Origin: a virus
Reading direction: 5' to 3' (one strand)
Length of the DNA stretch: 64,000 nucleotides
Virus record (IMG/VR): IMGVR_UViG_3300021964_000026
Span: 38,932-102,931 of that record
Part shown: piece by piece, positions 59,001 to 64,000 of the stretch
Layout of the letters: each line of letters begins with the position of its first letter
Numbering within the stretch: the stretch's first letter is position 1
Position numbers and translations under genes: made by a program
Notes under the pieces: generated by a model
The model's database searches: none
Told to the model about the DNA's origin: nothing
What the model saw: only the letters and a program-made list of their open reading frames with translations

Positions 59001-62000
59001 TCAACAACCCCATCTCGTTTGGTTCCGCGTCATGGTGTTCTTGAGGAATGGTTGCGTGATTCATTTCCGCATCCGATGAAACTTCCATGTTGTCAATAGC
59101 ATCCGCGAGCGATTTGACTTCCTTCTTTGTGCTTGCCGCCTTCGTATCGTTCAACAAAGCCGACGCGCGCTTCTTTTCCTGTTCAGTCATGGGGTGTCCC
59201 ATCATGGCTCGCTTTGCGAACAGCATGTTTTCATCATTGATTCGCATTCGCGCTTTGTTGTTGTTGAAGAAACGGATACCTGTCCCACCCATTTCACCGA
59301 TGCGTCCCATTTTGAAGTTGTCAAGTGACATGCTGTAATCGGTCATCGGTTGCCCTGTTCCGGGGTCAATTGACAGGATGGTGTTGAAATCGTCGCCGTA
59401 AACATCCGCGTGGAGTTTGTTCATCGCGGCCAAGTAGTCTTCGTAGTTGTCAATGTCGCCCAACTTGGCGATTTTGTCTCCCGCCTTCAAGTAAGCCGCG
59501 ATAATACGACTGTTGAATCGCTCGGTGTGTTCCGGTAGGTTGTCTTTGAGAAGAGCGGCTTTCTTTTGCGCTTCTTCAACCAACCGCTCGCGATACTTGT
59601 ATTTGTCCTTCACCTTCTTGTAGCGTTTGTTGATGGCTACGCGTTGCTCTTTGATTTCGTCTTTCTGTTGCTGGGACGAGTAGAGTCCCGGCTCATTGAA
59701 CTCTCTACCGTCGCGCATCACTTTGACCGGTTTTGTTTGTTCCCACATCGCGTCGTTTTGAGCAATGGCGTCCAAGTAATTGTCGTAAGCCTCTTGGAAC
59801 AACGCGAGGTCTTCTTTTCGCTCACCGACAGCGGTCATCGCTTTACCGTAGTTGATGAGCGGTTCGTTGATGGTTTGAATGACATTGTTGCGAACAGCCT
59901 CGTTGTCATGCTTGATGTTGACATTATCCTTCCCGTAAACGCCTTTGTTCAAGTCTTTGATGAAATCCATCACGCCTTCAAATGCGTTCAATCGGTTTGC
60001 GAGCAAAATGCCGCGACGGTCTTCTTCATGATACCGGTCATGCGCGTCGTCGTTATCCAACAAAAACGAGTTGGCGACCAATTCTTCGTTGTTCAACCCA
60101 GCAGGGCCGGAAGCCACCGTCTTTTCACGATGCTTGTAGAGTCCGAACTTTTTGTAAATGGCTTGCGCGTTTGGGTTGCCGCTAAGGACCGCCTTTTTGA
60201 TTTCCTTTCGCAATCGCTTTGCCGTTCTGTTTTCCCACTCACCTTGATATTTCCCTTCCCCAGCGCGTCGCAGTTGCGACAATAAATCGTCGCGCTTGAA
60301 CTTGTCGCTGTTGGGGTAAATGAAGTTGTAAATCGCCTCCAATGAGGGTGTCCCTTCATCAGCCACGACCTTCAAAAAATCGTCGCCCAAACCCTCTTTT
60401 TGATACCGTTGCAACAACGGAACGGTCATCACTTTGTAAACATAGGGTGTTCGGTCGCCCAAACTGATAGGTGCGTTCGGTCGCTCTTGTTTTGCGCGTT
60501 CGGCTGTGCGCGTGCTGTGCCTGTCGGGATGACATGCGAGACATTCTTCGGGTTCGTGAAAAATATCCTTCTCGTATTCGGGTGGGATGTCGTCGGGGTC
60601 TGCTAACCCAAGTTGAGCGAACGCGTCTTCCTCCATGTGCTTTCGCGCGACATGGTTTCTTTGACGCTTTCTCATCTGTTCAGCGACTTTCGCTTGATGC
60701 TCGTTGTCTACGGCAGACCGTTGACCGTTGACCTTCATGAACGCAAGAAGTCGTCCAAGCGCGTATCCAGCAAGGCCACCACGCTCGGTTTCATTGACAA
60801 GCGAGTTCATCGCTTCTTCGTAGCCTTCGGGCGACATGTCTTTGTTGGCGTATTTCATAGCGGCCTCAACAAACGCGAGTTTGGAAATCCCCAAGTCGTC
60901 AATTCGCTTGGTCGCGTTGTTGAGTTGCGCACTCAACCTCGGCATGATGTTTGAGAGTCTACCGAAGTTTTGGACTGACCTGTATTGAGGGTTGCCCTCT
61001 TCGTCTTTACCAGCCTCCACAACGCTATAACCGGTCACGAGTTCATCCAACGCTTGATACCGCATTTTGTCATCAATGTCCATCTCTTCGGGTTTTTGGA
61101 ACTTGACGAAATCCTCCGCCGTCAAATTGAGTTTTGCGATTTTTTCGTCAATTTCGCGCTTTTCGTCGTCCTCTTTGGCGTTTTGCGCTTTGTGAGCCGC
61201 TACACGCAGTTGTCGCACAACGCGACCAACACCTGCGAGTTGGTGGTGAAGGTCTTGCACAGCCTCAATCATCTTCCCTTCGCTTGCGCCGTGAAGCATG
61301 TGAGACGGGTCAAAATCAGTCCCAGCCAGCCCACCGAGAACGGCTTCATCGTCAATTTGGTGTTTTTGTTCAGCGTCTTTGTTTTTGGTCAACGCCCTCT
61401 CGTGTTCGCGAATCGCGGTTTTGTGCATCTCAAATTGATGTTGCGTCAATTCACCCGTCTGCAACCTGCGTTCAAGGTCGCGCAAACGCTTGTCCATCGT
61501 GGTTCGTGTTGCTTCACCGCGAATCCGTTTCACTTCCGATTCCTCGGTGTTGATGGCCGATTCGGTTGCTTCTCCTAACCTACCGTATTGTGCCGCTTCA
61601 CTCGCACGCGATGCGCGTTCAGCGATGCTCCCAGCGGCTTGTCCTTGGTCAAGCCCTATCGCTCGCTCATCATCGCGACTTGAACCGCTCAACACTTCAC
61701 CGGGCGACATTGCCGCACCAAGACCGGGGTGATAACCAGCGTTGTCTTCATTTTCCAAGAAGTTGCCTATTTCCTCGCGCACTTTGTCGCTAAACGGACT
61801 TTTGTTGCTCGTGAAATAAGGGAGAAGGAAGTCGGGAATGTTCGGCGCGCCTGTTTCAATGCCAAGTTCCTTTGCCGCATCACGCATGGAGGGTGTGATA
61901 GCGTTGGGTCGCTGTTTTACGCTCTCACCAACAACGCCGCCACCACGCGTTCGCTTAGGGCCGAAGTTTTTCTGCCCCGTCAACGAAATCATGAACTCGT

Positions 62001-62997
62001 TGAATTGGTTTTGCAACAAACCAAACGCTCGCGCGTCGTCCATAGGAGCAAGTTCTTCACCCTCGTCGCTCATGGTGCGGTCAACGGTTCGCATACTTGG
62101 GTCGGCCTTGATTTTATCAATGCGTTGCAACAAACCTTGAGTCAGCGCGGTGGATGGTTTCTTGACCTGTATTTCGGGGACATCCTGTGGCCCCCGCTGG
62201 GTCATGTCCACCCGGTCAAAGAATTGCTTGTATTGGTCTTCCAACTGCTTATCCTCTCTACGCTTACGCGTTTTGAAAGCCTCAAGGTTGTCAAGTCCCG
62301 AATCGGTGTCGGTTTGTAGGTCTTCACGCTCTTCTTCGTATTGCCTGTCCCTAAACGAAGGTTGCACGACAACGCGCTTACGCTTCATGCGCACTTGTGG
62401 GTTCATCGGAGTTCCCATTTCATCTACACCAGCGTCGCGAGAAAGCGTGGTGTAAAGCGGGTGTTGCGCTTTCTTCATCAACTGCAAAATACCTTTGAGG
62501 CTATCCTTACGGTAAAACCCTTCTTGCGCGATAGGGTCGGCGATGAATGAGGATAGTTTTGGGTGTTTGATGCCCTTTTGCGCCGCCTCTTCCAGCGTGT
62601 CATTCTTTTGTTCATTGCCTTCATCATCCTCGTAGGTGAAGTTTTCATCCTCTTCGCGACATTTTTTCAGTTCGGGATACTTACCGCTTATTGTGTTCAG
62701 CGCGAAAATAACCGTGTCGTTGATGATGGGTTCCGAAGCGATAGAGGGCATACCGTCTTCGCGTTCAGCCTCCGGGTCTTCAATTCCCAAACCGCGCGCC
62801 AGCAATGTGTTGTGAATGCCGGTGATACCGTAGTAGAGATTCCACGCGTCTGCTTCGCTTTTCTCGGTCGCCTCGTATTTCTCAACCTCTTCAAGAAGAA
62901 AGGGTGCAAGGCTGTTGTAGCCTTGCTGGATAGCACCCATTCTGCTTTCGCGCTCGCCGTCTTCCTCGGCTTTGACGATGCGGATAAAGCGACCCAT
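56065..62997 (-). CDS. Very large protein of unknown function (2310 aa) with DnaJ-like Zn finger and LDVGDI repeats
   Basis: 6.9 kb ORF, mostly helical/charged; CGTCFG...CPDC...CSHCLGSG; begins MGRFIRIVK-A. Confidence 0.8.
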   Translation of the reverse strand: MGRFIRIVKAEEDGERESRMGAIQQGYNSLAPFLLEEVEKYEATEKSEADAWNLYYGITGIHNTLLARGLGIEDPEAEREDGMPSIASEPIINDTVIFALNTISGKYPELKKCREEDENFTYEDDEGNEQKNDTLEEAAQKGIKHPKLSSFIADPIAQEGFYRKDSLKGILQLMKKAQHPLYTTLSRDAGVDEMGTPMNPQVRMKRKRVVVQPSFRDRQYEEEREDLQTDTDSGLDNLEAFKTRKRREDKQLEDQYKQFFDRVDMTQRGPQDVPEIQVKKPSTALTQGLLQRIDKIKADPSMRTVDRTMSDEGEELAPMDDARAFGLLQNQFNEFMISLTGQKNFGPKRTRGGGVVGESVKQRPNAITPSMRDAAKELGIETGAPNIPDFLLPYFTSNKSPFSDKVREEIGNFLENEDNAGYHPGLGAAMSPGEVLSGSSRDDERAIGLDQGQAAGSIAERASRASEAAQYGRLGEATESAINTEESEVKRIRGEATRTTMDKRLRDLERRLQTGELTQHQFEMHKTAIREHERALTKNKDAEQKHQIDDEAVLGGLAGTDFDPSHMLHGASEGKMIEAVQDLHHQLAGVGRVVRQLRVAAHKAQNAKEDDEKREIDEKIAKLNLTAEDFVKFQKPEEMDIDDKMRYQALDELVTGYSVVEAGKDEEGNPQYRSVQNFGRLSNIMPRLSAQLNNATKRIDDLGISKLAFVEAAMKYANKDMSPEGYEEAMNSLVNETERGGLAGYALGRLLAFMKVNGQRSAVDNEHQAKVAEQMRKRQRNHVARKHMEEDAFAQLGLADPDDIPPEYEKDIFHEPEECLACHPDRHSTRTAERAKQERPNAPISLGDRTPYVYKVMTVPLLQRYQKEGLGDDFLKVVADEGTPSLEAIYNFIYPNSDKFKRDDLLSQLRRAGEGKYQGEWENRTAKRLRKEIKKAVLSGNPNAQAIYKKFGLYKHREKTVASGPAGLNNEELVANSFLLDNDDAHDRYHEEDRRGILLANRLNAFEGVMDFIKDLNKGVYGKDNVNIKHDNEAVRNNVIQTINEPLINYGKAMTAVGERKEDLALFQEAYDNYLDAIAQNDAMWEQTKPVKVMRDGREFNEPGLYSSQQQKDEIKEQRVAINKRYKKVKDKYKYRERLVEEAQKKAALLKDNLPEHTERFNSRIIAAYLKAGDKIAKLGDIDNYEDYLAAMNKLHADVYGDDFNTILSIDPGTGQPMTDYSMSLDNFKMGRIGEMGGTGIRFFNNNKARMRINDENMLFAKRAMMGHPMTEQEKKRASALLNDTKAASTKKEVKSLADAIDNMEVSSDAEMNHATIPQEHHDAEPNEMGLLTEEEAARREQNSHFTRGSEEKIKQGLHDAFNLLSNFKNHAPTMCGTCFGHRHVTPDEAAIYLSHHVPELKGMGVNEAAMKKYMKQHLRPHGTKSFDDHPHAELMEPHDHEQLACPDCDHTAEHSQTGRCANGLCSHCLGSGIIDPTDPTPIEGYIDRETGELIEGKNHHYVHSSMAGQAMDYANQLLAMKTSMLTSDDMPDFVRELYDMKPLKPAMQIYGDIIGREKFVSDRSRGIDAAARKREEARRRLGRNAVDASTRLTMVDGKWKPIPQPEPKLDVGDINIGEEKPTLDVGDINIGEEKPTLDVGSILPMTGTHEAAQHAHIKSSIESRIKTLTAMGLRYVQSTQDQSIADEFKELVSKIQAIPLDDFRDVHNDDFHYAQGLLQELQSYAEESFTRGQLAGEKIINPATGKPKKVKFGEKDVLPMDDEGKLNITYKDIFANKLPMSYRFYNPLTFAHGRHLSPKELKEGLFEPGANHEPSPITTDDVERIFGHMPKAMRAFKRVKKGQEFNPETAQQVQRALGRMKTPMMMKRAIGIASEELNDLRAKFGLSPYSELEMPEAELTFSDEAKGKLKSIKDADAFFLTPNERGQMRSINDNYTKSLNAQITELFQDFVKHKAMEVFINGHLNALDHPNIPADLNINNYAQKTQENSNLRTILEDYAAQIIEDKDFETAEELAEAVKLNSYIRIPLGHKTAGDQRDKYDNVVKISPRDFADKVRANLAFDDIQRLPMGVMKYQTTKDEDGEDVVSRSFEETKLRDLINANNPVNISEADQNAYDMMVRMTEFREQPNYEYEQLMDRILQGEAGKKDGIANYGELTAAHAVGALPPETQKQIDDALTMMVKTNPTLRPNNYDAMMGYDYAANQIEQARKQRGYEQVEQDVRAAGGIMQQQPQQPPVAGTAADIRRDIRRPTVDPNMPEMMQNPRTAYGQQLQAGRELREGMAAFPPYQPYAMMSEAMRPKRPGEEDSQ
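58076..58169. repeat. 42-bp perfect tandem repeat (~2.2 copies) encoding LDVGDINIGEEKPT
   Basis: Unit starts at 58076, 58118 and 58160. Confidence 0.9.
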
Positions 62998-63360
62998 TGG
63001 TGATGGGGAGGGTGGCTACGCCCTTGAAGGTAGCGGTTGGCAATTTTTTTGCTGGATTTTTTTTTTGCCTCCCACGAAAAAATTGTCTGTATTTCGCACG
63101 CGGTTAAGCAGGGCAAATTGCCCGTCGCGCGACGCACCTCCGGCTAAGCGCGAGGGCAAATAGCGCGAGGCTCGCGCGAAACCGTTGCACCACGCGCCTA
63201 TCGGCGATGCCCTGTATGTCGCGCGATGCCCTGCAATGGTCGCGCTATCGCGGGTTGGGCGCGCGATGCTATCGCGCTTCCAACCATACGGTTGTCGCGC
63301 GTGTGTTGCGTTCCTTCTCGGCAACACGCGCGAGAGGCCGACAACCCGATTTTGGCTGAC

Positions 63361-63372
63361 CCCTTATAAGGG
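63361..63372 (+). promoter_or_regulatory. Archaeal TATA box (palindrome CCCTTATAAGGG) for the divergent plus-strand gene
   Basis: TTATAA ~60 nt upstream of ATG 63429, which has a GAGGT RBS. Confidence 0.6.
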
Positions 63373-63428
63373 AGTCGCCAACCCTTGCTGTTCGGTCAAG
63401 CGGCCAAGAGCCGTGATGAGGTATTGAA

Positions 63429-64000
63429 ATGAAACCACAATTGAAGCCCGAAGTGAAGACCTATGTCCTTGGGATGCTCGCCCCACACAGCGACTCCCTC
63501 AAGGATGAAATGTTTGAGACGCATGTTCTCAACAGCGAAAGCCCCGCCTTCTCAACGAAGGCGAAGCCGACCAGCGACAGAAACAGCCAAGCGAAGGGGG
63601 CCACCCTTCTCGTTCGCTTCGCCGCATCTGTCGGTGTTGAACATGCGCTGATTGAACGCTACCACACCAAAGGTGGCGGCATCAATGCCAAGAACGACCG
63701 CAACGCTCTCAACGAGATTAACACCCTCGTCGTGAAGCACTTCTTGAATGCTGGACACAGCGGGAACGCTCTCGTTGACGCCATCGCTCAAGCACTCTCC
63801 GACTACGGCGACAGCCCAGCACCGACCCTTGAGGTTGACATTGACGCCCCGACCCTTGAGGTTGGCTCCGTTGGTGGCTTTGACCTTGACGCCGCCATGT
63901 CCGAGGTTGACGATGACGCCACCACCACCACCACCACCACCACAGCGACGGAGCGAGATTCTCGCATTCTCGTCCGTTCCGTTGATGATGTGGCCCACCT
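63429..64000 (+). CDS. Hypothetical protein, first gene of a divergent (probably early) unit, truncated by window end; absent from ORF track
   Basis: MKPQLKPEVKTYVLGMLAPH...APTLEVDIDAPTLEVGSVGGFDLDAAMSEVDDDATTTTTTT..., open to 64000; RBS and TATA upstream. Confidence 0.7.
   Translation, partial: MKPQLKPEVKTYVLGMLAPHSDSLKDEMFETHVLNSESPAFSTKAKPTSDRNSQAKGATLLVRFAASVGVEHALIERYHTKGGGINAKNDRNALNEINTLVVKHFLNAGHSGNALVDAIAQALSDYGDSPAPTLEVDIDAPTLEVGSVGGFDLDAAMSEVDDDATTTTTTTTATERDSRILVRSVDDVAH

Noticed and set aside
60529-60543. CLACH as a c-type heme attachment motif
   Set aside because: Single motif in a protein with no export signal; Zn ligation or chance is more likely.
188-62600. Numerous plus-strand ORFs (e.g. 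47434-48768, 27219-28088, 40257-41060)
   Set aside because: Antisense shadows of well-supported minus-strand genes; no RBS or protein motifs.
33083-62997. Large 2015-aa and 2310-aa proteins as virion RNA polymerase subunits
   Set aside because: No DxDGD/NADFDGD or single-subunit RNAP motifs found; near matches (QLDGD, NSDGD) lack the first Asp.
63016-63998. Track ORFs 63016-63327 (-), 63185-63427 (+) and 63552-63998 (-); tRNA or ncRNA in this region
   Set aside because: ORFs look non-coding or are shadows of the 63429 gene; no cloverleaf or T-loop consensus recognised.

Overview
The window is the virion-morphogenesis (late) region of a tailed dsDNA virus of archaea. It is most likely a Marine Group II (Poseidoniales) 'magrovirus'-type virus. 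This is inferred from the halovirus/magrovirus-like HK97 major capsid protein, archaeal GGTGA Shine-Dalgarno sites and TATA boxes, and a proteome that is not halophile-acidic. Almost all real genes are on the minus strand, tightly coupled by TGATG/ATGA overlaps. Right to left they are: a 2310-aa protein; a six-gene membrane/Arf-like GTPase module; a TerS candidate; three putative internal head proteins; TerL; a cluster of small basic or metal-binding proteins; a LAGLIDADG protein; portal; a 2015-aa protein ending in a dead DNA-ligase fold; prohead protease/scaffold; MCP; head completion genes; major tail protein; tail chaperones with a -1 frameshift; tape measure; a 5109-aa tail protein; a hub protein; and a tail fibre truncated at base 1. 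A divergent plus-strand gene starts at 63429. The most notable observations are three. (1) A recurring ~12-aa tag, MNPMxxAWxLLK, sits at the start of or between unrelated small cargo domains (metallothionein-like, HiPIP-like, basic proteins); it looks like a modular capsid-loading and protease-cleavage signal. (2) An Arf-family-like small GTPase lies in an operon of membrane and Q-rich proteins, a candidate membrane-remodelling or egress system. (3) Six 4-bp palindromes appear almost absent. All calls come from motif reading by eye; no searches were run.
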